Shown here: positions 36,621 through 46,131 of the stretch, one piece after another | Layout: each line of letters opens with the position of its first letter | Numbering within the stretch: position 1 is the stretch's first letter | Made by a program: the position numbers and the translations under genes | Notes under the pieces: generated by a model | Seen by the model: the letters and a program-made list of their open reading frames with translations, nothing else | Told to the model about the DNA's origin: nothing | Database searches by the model: none | Assembly: GCA_001275005.1 (NCBI GenBank) | Contig: JWZX01003321.1 | Coordinates: 1-63,401 of the forward strand | Direction of reading: 5' to 3' | Source: Chrysochromulina tobinii | Lineage: Eukaryota | DNA length: 63,401 bases

Positions 36621-36932
36621 CTGTGGTCATCTGCCCCGTAAGGGGGGCGCGGCGAAAACGAGAGTCGGACAAACGAGAGTCGGACACGCGGCACACGAAC
36701 CCCAAAATCACAGATTCACCAGCCGCCGTACAGTTACGGTTCCCGACGTCACAATCCTCTCATGCCAAACTGCTCGCCGCTCCCCGCCCAGCAAGATGCG
36801 ACATGAATACCTCTACCAAACACGATGGCCAACGATACGGACAGCGGCACATTGATAGCATACGCCGAATCTCGATACGAGTCCAACCACAGTGAAGCGG
36901 TCCACGGTGCGCGAGTAGAGCATTGATGCAGA

Positions 36933-37199
36933 TCACACTATGAATGATGCAAGTCGCTGTCGTCGGCTTTGGAAGAGAAAAGGGAAGCGTGAGACGATCA
37001 ACCCCTCGAGCACGCTGGCCGCTCGCAGATCTTTGTAGTGGCACTTCTCTGTCATCTCCGAGCCAAGCATTTCGATCTCCACCGTGTAGAATGCCTCCTC
37101 TGCATCGTATGCGTTCACACAGGCGAGAGTCTCCTGTCCGTTGCTGCGCTTCACGAACACGCAGCTGCCGATGGCGTAGCGCTGCTCAAGGGCGGGCAC
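36933..37199 (-). CDS. Short SH3/Tudor-like ORF or gene fragment downstream of the HET-like gene
   Basis: YAIGSCVFVKRSNGQETLACV..YD...YTVEI beta-barrel-like pattern; no clear ATG. Confidence 0.3.
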   Translation of the reverse strand: MPALEQRYAIGSCVFVKRSNGQETLACVNAYDAEEAFYTVEIEMLGSEMTEKCHYKDLRAASVLEGLIVSRFPFLFQSRRQRLASFIV

Positions 37200-37257
37200 G
37201 GGTTTGGGGGCCGCCGTTTCAACCGCGGGTTAGGGCTCCGGCAACATCACTTGCTTC

Positions 37258-39375
37258 TCAATGATCTTCAGGATCTTGGGCAACATTGTCAAACGTCTCA
37301 ATGACGTGCTCATTGATCTTCACTTGCTTCTCAAACGTCTCAATGACGTGCTCATTGATCTTCAGGATCTTGGGCAACATTGTCGCTTTGTCCTTTGCGT
37401 TCGTGACATTCACGTCCGGCTTCTCGAGGATACCATGCATTTCCTTGGGCGCCTTTTTGGAGACCAGATCCACAAGGCCCTTTTCTGTCGTCTCGGCTGT
37501 TGCATTGTGGATGCAACTGATCGTGTAGCGACGCTCAGCCTTCGTTGCGGGGCGGAGCCCCTCGGGCGTGGCCGTCTGCATCGAGCACCATGCCTCGGTT
37601 AGCGTCCAGAACCTCGACGCGTACGACCCGTCGAGGAGAATGAGGACGTGCGCGGTCAGGTAAAGGTCGGCGATGGCGGCCAGCATCAGCTGGAACTCGG
37701 CCTTCTCCATGACCGTCCGATCGTCCCCTTGGGGCATCGACGAGTAATCAAACCAGACCCATTCGATGTCTGGGTGCGCTTCCAGATACGCCTTGATGGC
37801 CTTGAGTTGCTCGCCGTCGACATCAGGCTGGCCAGGCTCTTCCCAGCGATGGCTCACGAAGAGGATGTGCTTGATGATGCCATCGCCGTGAAACGCGGAT
37901 GCGAGGGGCACGCTCCTCTTCTCTAGGTGGCCGTCCTTGCGCAGCGTCTGCATGCGAGGCAGCGACTTGGTGCCGCACGCGCACACCCATTTGGCGGGGA
38001 TGAAGTAGAAGGAGGGTGCGTCGTCGTCCCACCCTTGGCTTCGGAGCTCGTTGATGGCATGCTCCACCGGGAACGCATACTTTTTGAGGAAGTCGAAGTT
38101 GATTGCCAACACGATAAGAAAGTACAAAACATATCTGCTGTAAAAGAAGATGGGAATACAGTTGCCATAGCATGTCAAAGGCAGCTCGTACTTGTTCATC
38201 AAGTCCGTTCGGTCAAAGTAAGCGGCCGGACGCGGTACTGAAAGTCGTTGCACAATGATGAGGAGGCGCACGAAGGAGTAGAGCATCATGATCAGTGTCA
38301 CGAGGGTCAGCCCCATGGCAACGAGCATGTGTCGAGAGAGCAAGTGCTCATAGCCGTCGTCTGCGCTTGCACGGCCAGTGCCGAAAATGAAAAGTGAGAT
38401 GAGAAACCATATGGCAAAAATGAAGACGTTCACGTCAACTACGTCGCCCCCCAGCGCTTGCACCATCGGCGCGTACTGCACAGCCTGGCACAGGTCCTCA
38501 TAAGTCGCGTAGCCGCAATGGGGCACGGCAGGGCAGCTGGCATTGGCGGCAGATGCCTCGAACGCCGATAAAAATGCAGCCTGGTCCGCACAGGCGATGC
38601 CGTTGAGTGATAACTCAACGAAGACATCCATCTCAGTCGCTTCAATTGGCACCCGCAGCATCGCCGTCAGAGCATAGGTGGCCACGCACGCCATTATCAT
38701 GGTGATGATGCCGACCCGCACAGCTTGCGAGCGGACGAATGACTTGTACTTCTCCTTTTGGTATTTCTTGATGGAACGCAGAATACTCGTAAGAGAGTAG
38801 AACACAACAACAGCCCAGAAATTGCCAAAGAACAAAGCGAACACGTACAAATTCAATTGGTCGACATAGTAAAGCGCGAAGTATCCATAGATGGAGACGA
38901 GATACAAAGCAAGCTCCAACGACCTGGGCCACGTCCAGAAGCGCTCGGGATGGGCTTTTGGTTTATTGGCATCGTCAGTATCATTGATCTGGGCGAGGAG
39001 GAGCGATAACAAGAGAGGAGCAGTTGAAACGGCCCAGACTTGGATTCCAAGGGTCCGCCCTGCGGAGAGCTCTATAAAGGACCCGGTCCAACCTGCGACT
39101 CGATTACGTCGTGAGTATTGAGTGCCTGTGAACAATAAGAACATGGGGCCGGGCAGCGCCAGAAACAGGCGAAACAGTCCCAAGGCCCGTCGGGTCTTGT
39201 TGGGCGACTTGCCAGAGGGCGTTCGACTTTTTGTCTCCTTGGCGGCACGCATTTGCTCGGCTGCAAGAGAAACTGGGTCGATCGACGTGGGTGCGACAGA
39301 GGCTTGGGCGCGTGATGGAGCCAGTCTCGCGAATTCCATCCGGAGCCACAATCCAGGCAGGAGGGTTTTCAGCAC
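37258..39375 (-). CDS. Multi-pass membrane protein with C-terminal HET/TIR-like domain
   Basis: Many hydrophobic helices, then ILFVSHRW..PGQPD..GEQ, WVWFDYSSMPQ, IADLY...VLIL, YASRFWTLTE; intronless; first ATG is near 39339. Confidence 0.75.
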   Translation of the reverse strand: MLKTLLPGLWLRMEFARLAPSRAQASVAPTSIDPVSLAAEQMRAAKETKSRTPSGKSPNKTRRALGLFRLFLALPGPMFLLFTGTQYSRRNRVAGWTGSFIELSAGRTLGIQVWAVSTAPLLLSLLLAQINDTDDANKPKAHPERFWTWPRSLELALYLVSIYGYFALYYVDQLNLYVFALFFGNFWAVVVFYSLTSILRSIKKYQKEKYKSFVRSQAVRVGIITMIMACVATYALTAMLRVPIEATEMDVFVELSLNGIACADQAAFLSAFEASAANASCPAVPHCGYATYEDLCQAVQYAPMVQALGGDVVDVNVFIFAIWFLISLFIFGTGRASADDGYEHLLSRHMLVAMGLTLVTLIMMLYSFVRLLIIVQRLSVPRPAAYFDRTDLMNKYELPLTCYGNCIPIFFYSRYVLYFLIVLAINFDFLKKYAFPVEHAINELRSQGWDDDAPSFYFIPAKWVCACGTKSLPRMQTLRKDGHLEKRSVPLASAFHGDGIIKHILFVSHRWEEPGQPDVDGEQLKAIKAYLEAHPDIEWVWFDYSSMPQGDDRTVMEKAEFQLMLAAIADLYLTAHVLILLDGSYASRFWTLTEAWCSMQTATPEGLRPATKAERRYTISCIHNATAETTEKGLVDLVSKKAPKEMHGILEKPDVNVTNAKDKATMLPKILKINEHVIETFEKQVKINEHVIETFDNVAQDPEDH

Positions 39376-39692
39376 CGCCCGAAACTCCGTAGGAACCTAC
39401 TGTACCGGTACATGTTTAAGTTTTCAGAGGAACAGCTCGCCACAGCGCTTTCATGCGATCCGACGGGGTTCGATTGACACCAGATGAGCCAACGAGGGAC
39501 CAGCAAACAATCTACGTTGCGGTACAATTGTAATTGTAGAGCGGCCACGACTGATTGTGGGGGCGGCACGCGGGTTTGCGCGATCAATAGAGCCTTTTTC
39601 TACAGTGGCGTTGCGCTGAGCACGAAGGCGAATCTCGTGTCAACACAGTGTCCACACAACACATCCAATGTTTTCTTGACGAAATTTGCGCG

Positions 39693-40430
39693 ATGCTCTT
39701 CGGCAAATCGCTGCTTGCCGTCGCCACCTCCACCGCGCTTTTACTCTTGCTGCTGAGGCGCAGGCGCCGTGCATCGACCACGGACGCATGCAAGCCGCTG
39801 CCGACCAATATCCAGCGAGCGACGACCGTGGACGAGGCCGTCGCCCTGATCCGCTCAGAGGGAGTGTGCATCATGGAGCGGGTGCTTGACGAGGCGAGGC
39901 TTGCGACGTTGCGCGCACGCCTCGCGCAGATCGAGCCGCGTAAGATGCAGAATCGACGCGCGCACCGCTGGGAGCACGTGCACTCGCCCGATGATCCGCC
40001 GCTCGCCGAGCTCGCCGCGCACGAGACGCTTGTGCCTGTGGTTCGCGCTCTTCTCGGGCCGAAGCACTACCTCGAAAAGGCCGGGCTGGTCGTCTCACAT
40101 AGCGGCGCGGACGCGCAGCGCTGGCACATGGACACGCCGCACCTCTTCGCCTGTGGCACGCACCTGCCGCCGCACTCTCTCTCAGTCTTCGTGCCGTTGT
40201 GCGAGCTGCACCCGGCCAACGGCCCGACAGAGTACCAGCTGGCGACGCACATGAAGGCGAACCTGGTGCTGAAGCCACGGTACGCGCTCGCGAGCTGCCC
40301 GCCGGGCTCGCTCGTCATGTACGATCCGCGCATCATGCATCGCGGCGGCCCGAACCAGAGCGATGCGGAACGGCCTCTCGTGTACCTGACCTTTAGCCGC
40401 ATATGGTACCGTGATACCCTGAACCCGTGA
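39693..40430 (+). CDS. Phytanoyl-CoA dioxygenase (PhyH)-family Fe(II)/2OG oxygenase
   Basis: AQRWHMDTPHLF (HxD), VFVPL...NGPTEY, YDPRIMHRGGPNQS..RP. Confidence 0.9.
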   Translation: MLFGKSLLAVATSTALLLLLLRRRRRASTTDACKPLPTNIQRATTVDEAVALIRSEGVCIMERVLDEARLATLRARLAQIEPRKMQNRRAHRWEHVHSPDDPPLAELAAHETLVPVVRALLGPKHYLEKAGLVVSHSGADAQRWHMDTPHLFACGTHLPPHSLSVFVPLCELHPANGPTEYQLATHMKANLVLKPRYALASCPPGSLVMYDPRIMHRGGPNQSDAERPLVYLTFSRIWYRDTLNP

Positions 40431-40735
40431 GAAAAGTGCCACGAGCAGTGTCACAGCCATCCCGAAACCCATGTATCAATCTTATATATAACGCAAATGA
40501 GGTGAGCCCTGCTCAGCGTGCTGCCTGCTTCTCTCTGTGTGTTGATCTCTCCGTTCGGTCTTACTTCGGTCAGTTTGCTTAAAACCCGGTTCGCAGAACG
40601 GTGAATCTCAGCTATACTACTGTGTATATGTGTGTCAGCTGTTGTACATTCGGCATTGTGTCGTGTGTTGAACCGTCTCGATCGAACAGATTCGGGCACG
40701 GGGGCAGCCGCAGACCATCCGCGGATGCGACACGA

Positions 40736-41848
40736 TTAGCCCGCGCGGCGCTTGGCCATGATGGCGATGTTGCCTCGGATCATCCGTGCACCGTCCATGC
40801 GCAGGTCGACCTCAGCGAGCGAGACCATCTCCATCGTCCCCCCGCGCGAGGCAACGAGCCAATGCAGGTACTCCGGGCTATGGGCGATCCTTTCCGACGG
40901 GCGCTCGACGAAACCGTCGCCATTGGGTGGCAGGCCACCAGACGCTTCCTCTAGCGTGCAGCTCTCCGTCGAGAAGGCGAGCACTCCACCCTCACACAGG
41001 GCCGCCTCGGCCGCCGCGAACATGGGCTCCAAGGACCGGAGGTACACGCACACGTCGCACCCGACGATCAGATCTGCGGAACCGGGCGAAAGCTTCCGAA
41101 GGAATGAAATCGCATCCGAGGCGACCAGCTCGTCGTACACGCCCTTATGACGCGTGGCGGCGACCTTGAGCATACCGCGGCTCAGATCGCACCCGATCAG
41201 CCGGCCGCAGCACGCGACACGCAGCTGCACGCCCATCAGGCCCGTGCCGCACCCAAAATCGACAGCGGCCATTCGGCTCAGGATGCCCTCGGCGATGTCG
41301 GTCGGTGTGCGCCCTGAACGCTCGAGGAGCATCGCGTAGAGATGGTCCGGCGTGCGATAGCGCAGCCCCTCGCACAGCGCCTGCTCAAAGTGGTCCGCAT
41401 ACTCATCGAAGAGCGCCTCGACCTGCTGCCGGTAGTGCTGCTCCAATTCAAGCTTGTCCCGAGCCGGCGTGGGATGGCGGAGGAGGGCGATGGCCGCTGC
41501 GGCTGCAGCATCCTCCAATGCGCGAGCCGCCGCGGCAGCAGCCTCGGCGACCAGCGTGGCAGCCGCCGCCTCGGACTTCGTGGCGGCGTCGCGCTCCTTC
41601 ACAGCTGCCACGTACTCATCGCCGAGCTCGAGCTTATAGATGGCCTGATTGAGCTTCTGGCGATCCCGTTTGGACTCCTTGCCGACGCCTAGCGCCGCAA
41701 TCTGTTCGCGTAGCTGCGCGAGCTGCTCGTTCACGTGGCTGATGTGGTCGGGCGCGGCATCTTCGGTGCACGTCGCTTGCGGCGATGACGACATGCAGGG
41801 CCAGAGCAACCTTGCGTCCCGTAATGATGTTTCGTCAACCCTATTCAC
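40736..41848 (-). CDS. Class I SAM-dependent methyltransferase (TPR-methyltransferase-like catalytic domain)
   Basis: LFDEYADHFEQAL..LRYRTP, VDFGCGTGLMG, GCDLSRGML, YDEL, LAFSTE, RIAHS. Confidence 0.87.
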   Translation of the reverse strand: MNRVDETSLRDARLLWPCMSSSPQATCTEDAAPDHISHVNEQLAQLREQIAALGVGKESKRDRQKLNQAIYKLELGDEYVAAVKERDAATKSEAAAATLVAEAAAAAARALEDAAAAAAIALLRHPTPARDKLELEQHYRQQVEALFDEYADHFEQALCEGLRYRTPDHLYAMLLERSGRTPTDIAEGILSRMAAVDFGCGTGLMGVQLRVACCGRLIGCDLSRGMLKVAATRHKGVYDELVASDAISFLRKLSPGSADLIVGCDVCVYLRSLEPMFAAAEAALCEGGVLAFSTESCTLEEASGGLPPNGDGFVERPSERIAHSPEYLHWLVASRGGTMEMVSLAEVDLRMDGARMIRGNIAIMAKRRAG

Positions 41849-42370
41849 ATTGTAAGGTCAGTTTGTCAGTTGCCGGTTTTCACCGGGGGAACCGGGGCGC
41901 ACACGGGACAGTTACCGGTACTCAGGGCCTCGTCAATCCCGGAGAAGGTAGACTTGGCTAATTGAGAGTCCGGGATGACGGATATGTTCTTATGAGTTAC
42001 GTTGGCACCAGAATTGCAGAATACAGAGGAAACAGGTTGATTGGCGAGCGGATGTCCTCTCAGGAACATGTCCTCTCTAAGATGCCCAAGTTCCGCACAA
42101 GCTTCTCTCGAGCTTCTTGACGCTATCCATCGTGCATCGAAGGCATGCTGTGTGCGAGTTGTTGCTTCGACGAGGTTCCACGTCTTATTTCTCTGACACG
42201 CACACCTGGGATAGGCAGAGGCTGCTCCCTGGGTTAAGCAGAGGGCCAGAGGCTGGGTAGTACCCTCTTACACGTGATCTCTATCCTTCCTTCCAAAACA
42301 GGCAAAAATCGCGCCGACGCGCGACGAATGTCGATCTCTCATGCGCGAGCGAGCGGAGCGATCGGCAAAG

Positions 42371-43782
42371 ATGCCCGTCGACGACTCCAAGTTTGACAGC
42401 ATCGTCGACAGCGACGACGAGGCCGAATCTGCACGTCGGCCCGCCCCGCCGCGTGCGCCGGTACAAGCGCCCGTGCAACGAGCGCCAGCTGCACACAGTA
42501 ATCACGACGATGCTCTGAAGCTCCGCTTCAAGGTGGGCGATCGCGTTCTCTGCAATTACCAGGGCAAGTTCAGGCTCGGGGTGATCACGATGAGACACTA
42601 CGCCATGTCCCTGAGGGAGATTGCGCTGCCGTACCAGATCCGGTTGCTCGACGGTTGCAACTCGCTCGCCTTTTGCCGCTTCGACGATGACAGTGCTGTC
42701 CGCAGGGCGCCGCCCGACGCCAAGCCCCAAGCTGATGACGAGCCGCGCTTCAAATTTGGCGAGCGCGTGGAGGTGCAGTACACCCTGGGCGGCGTTCAGG
42801 GCGTCCAGGGCTGGTATCCGGCGTGGGTCACGCAGCACTGGTACACCGAGAAGGTCGCCGATGGCACGCGCTGTGGCGCGGTGCTCGTCGAGGGTGAGTG
42901 GCTCATCAAGGCACCGTACCAGGTGCGTCTCTCGATCGGGAGGTAGATGGAGGGCGCGATCTGATCTACGTGTGGCAAGACACGGACGTGTTCATACGCA
43001 AGCTGCCGCAGCAGCCGCCACGCCCCGCGCTCCGCTTCGGCGTAGGCGACGCCGTCGAGAGCTTCTTCCCGGAGGGCGGCGACTGGATGGCCGGCAAGAT
43101 CAAGAGGCATTGGTGGAGCCATCCAGCAGCTGACCTGCGGATGCCGCTGACGGAGTACCACGAGGGGCGCGTGCTGCTCGTCGCGCCGTACCAGATCGAG
43201 CTCGATGATGGTTGCCTAATTTGGGCACCGCGCGACGACGACACGTCCATACGCGCGCCGTCTCGGGCACGCGCGGCGCTGCTGACGGGCGAGGCGGAGA
43301 CGGACGAGACGAGCGCGGGTGAGACGGGCCGCGGGCCGCCTGCCGAGGCCCAGGGAGCGACGGCGCATGTGACCGATACGGTGCGGCTCTTGGACAGGGC
43401 GCGAATAGAAGAGCAGTCGGCGGCGACACAGGCCGGAGTGCGCACCCGGAAACATGCCCCGACACCGCCCGCGGAGATGGCCCTGCTCCTTGGAGAGAAT
43501 TACCACCCCACGGCCCGCCCGGTGTCCGTAGCTCGACCGGCGCCAACAGCGCCATCGCCATCGCTATTCCAACCGACGCTGGTCGCGACGCCACCGCCTC
43601 CATTGGCCTTGCCGGCGTCGGGTGGCGCGCCACGGCAGCCGCTGCCTTCTGCATGTGCGCCACTGCCGTTGCCGTCTGCACCGCCGCCGCTGCCGCTTGT
43701 GCCGCCGCAGTCATCCAAGCCGTTGCTCGATTACGACTTCCAGCCGAACTGTCACTATCTGCCGGTCACCACACGGAGCTGA
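42371..43782 (+). CDS. Protein with three SH3-like repeats (LRFxVGDRV...PYQxxLxDG...DDD) and Pro-rich tail; frameshift at ~42932
   Basis: Three homologous units over ORFs 42341-42946 and 42898-43782; removing one TC from CGTCTCTCGAT restores the frame. Confidence 0.7.
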
Positions 43783-44178
43783 GAGCACATTGTTTCAATC
43801 GGAGGACGCGCCGGTGCGGGTTTTGGGTTCCCTTCGGGCGATGCCCCGCCGAGGGTGGTGGAGTTCTGACTTTCGCGGTTAATGACCAAATGACGTGAGT
43901 AATGATCGTTTCCCGCTATAATTACGAACGAGATTCGCGCGCGGTCTCCGACTAGCACTACGAATTCTTCTTTATGATAAAGGCGGTACCATAAAGGCTG
44001 CGAAACGGCGTTCGGTCAGTTCGATCAGCGTTCGGTCAGCGGCAGGACCGGAGAAAAGGTAAGGTTGGGTCGGGTACTTAATACGACCACGACACGGGCG
44101 ACGATGCACGATCTGACCCGCATCGCTTGACGCTCGGGTGCGGTATACGATAAACATATGATAATGATTGTTTGATTT

Positions 44179-45006
44179 TCAGTCTGAGCTGCCTAGCCTC
44201 CTCTTGGCGTCCTGTTGGCGCCCCCTCAAAGTGTCAAACAGTTGTCCGAGACTAGTCGGACACTCGGACTCCCAATGTGAACCCCTACTTGAAGTTGCCC
44301 CAGACGACTGCTGGCCACCATACTGACCACGCTCCAGCGCGCGGCGCAGCCGATGTGCGGAGATGTTGCCGGCTAGCGAGCCCATCGGAAGACCCCAGCA
44401 TGAGCGTTCTGACGCCGTCGGTTCCAGCACCTTCTGCGCAGCGGTCCTCCAAATAGCTTGCGTCGCGTTCGCAGGAGGCGTCTTAAATGTGAGTCCGGGG
44501 TCTTCCGGCGCTTGCCACAGCCGCAGTATGCTCCTCATCATCTCTGTGTTCGCGGCCGTATCAATCATATCGTGGATCACGTTTTCCATCAGGCTCGGCT
44601 CCATTCGGATGCGGTCCAGCCCGTCGAGCGCCTCTACGCACGACGGGTCGATGGTAAGCATCTTTCGATACATATCGCCGGCGGCTCGAATGTTCCCCTG
44701 GTGCATGTATGCGCCGGCCTCGTCACGAAGCGAGCGCAACTCGACGCGTGCCGCCTCACGCTTGAGTGCCTCATCCTTTCGAGCGGCCTCTTGCTCGATT
44801 GAGGGCTTGGGGACCACTGCTGCGGCAGCAGCGGGTTTCAAGCGAGTGTTGTGCGGGTTGTACGAGTTGCGGACGACGAGCGCCGTGGATCCGGGCTGCG
44901 AAAGAGTGACTGGCGGCGGCCGAGCGACAGGCTGAGCGACGGGCGGCGGCCGAACGACAGGCGGATTGCCTTTGCGAACGACGAGCGCCGTGGCCGGACG
45001 TCGCAT
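44179..45006 (-). CDS. Hypothetical protein with one TPR-like motif
   Basis: AGAYMHQGNIRAAGDMYRKMLTIDPSCVEALDGL. Confidence 0.55.
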   Translation of the reverse strand: MRRPATALVVRKGNPPVVRPPPVAQPVARPPPVTLSQPGSTALVVRNSYNPHNTRLKPAAAAAVVPKPSIEQEAARKDEALKREAARVELRSLRDEAGAYMHQGNIRAAGDMYRKMLTIDPSCVEALDGLDRIRMEPSLMENVIHDMIDTAANTEMMRSILRLWQAPEDPGLTFKTPPANATQAIWRTAAQKVLEPTASERSCWGLPMGSLAGNISAHRLRRALERGQYGGQQSSGATSSRGSHWESECPTSLGQLFDTLRGRQQDAKRRLGSSD

Positions 45007-45263
45007 CGCTCTTTACAATTGTATCGCCAAATTTAGGCGCGTTGGTTGGGTTTCCACACAAGTGCCGCTTCACATGTACATGTATCGAACACGGTAACCG
45101 CCAATGTCTAGCCCCAGGATCACCTTTGTTCGATGTTTTGGGCTCTTCACAGCTATTTTCGACTTCCTCTCACGATCGGTCGGTCGTCACTAGACGCACG
45201 AGGAGTCCTAGCTCTCTGCCGCCACACACACTGCTCGCCTCACTCGTCGGGTACCACCGAGAG

Positions 45264-45884
45264 ATGCCGAAGCGGCAGCGGCAGAACGGCCTCGCTGAGT
45301 GGGAGTACGAGATGGAGCTCCGCGACAACGAGGTTGACGATCGGCTGTGGGATGGTGCTCATGACGATGGCTGGCGCATTGTTCCGAGGGCAGTCGCCGA
45401 GGAAGGTGCCCGTGGGACCATCCGGTACACCTACGTGGCACCTTCGGGTGAGCGACTTATGTCCAGGACGGCGGCACACGCCAAACACGAGGGTGCCAGC
45501 CCGTTGCACCATGCGACAAGTGACGCGCTGGCTGCTCGTGCCTCCGCGGCCGCTGCTGTCCAAGAGGCCTACGAGGCCAATCTCGAGCTTGTACGATCAA
45601 CTCGCTCAGCGACGGGCTTTGCGAATGTGGTTCACAAGCGCGGCATGCGCAAGCCCTTCAAAGCGGAGATGATGGTCGGCACGAAGGTCATGACCCTGGG
45701 CTTCTTCTCGACGGCGGAGGAGGCAGCACTCTGTTGCGCCCGACAACGCGCAGCGGTGCCCGGTGGCAGTGAGCGTGCGCGGCCGAAGAGCAAAGCCAAG
45801 CCCAAGGTGGCCCCTGGGTCACCGTCTGAAAAACTCACTGTCGGCGAGCTGCCGCAAGGGCGGGCAAACGGCTCCAGCTTATAG
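45264..45884 (+). CDS. MBD-like plus AP2-like DNA-binding protein
   Basis: DGWRI...YTYVAPSGERLMSR (MBD-like); SATGFANV...PFKAE....LGFFSTAEEAALCCAR (AP2-like). Confidence 0.75.
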   Translation: MPKRQRQNGLAEWEYEMELRDNEVDDRLWDGAHDDGWRIVPRAVAEEGARGTIRYTYVAPSGERLMSRTAAHAKHEGASPLHHATSDALAARASAAAAVQEAYEANLELVRSTRSATGFANVVHKRGMRKPFKAEMMVGTKVMTLGFFSTAEEAALCCARQRAAVPGGSERARPKSKAKPKVAPGSPSEKLTVGELPQGRANGSSL

Positions 45885-46131
45885 CACGATGACCGGACCC
45901 TTGTCCCACCGGCACCCGCACGCGTTGGCACGATTTTCCCCCAGATTTCGTTTGGGTTGAAGACGGTTTGTATACGCGCACTTTATGTTACCACAACGCG
46001 ACTCACATCGAGAGAGAGATGCTCAGATACTACGCGGATCATCACAGAGACACAGACGAACGCGTTTGCTCGAAACTATAATGCAGTCGCCGCATGCCGC
46101 CGCCGCGCCACCGCCGCGTCCCCGTGCTCGC

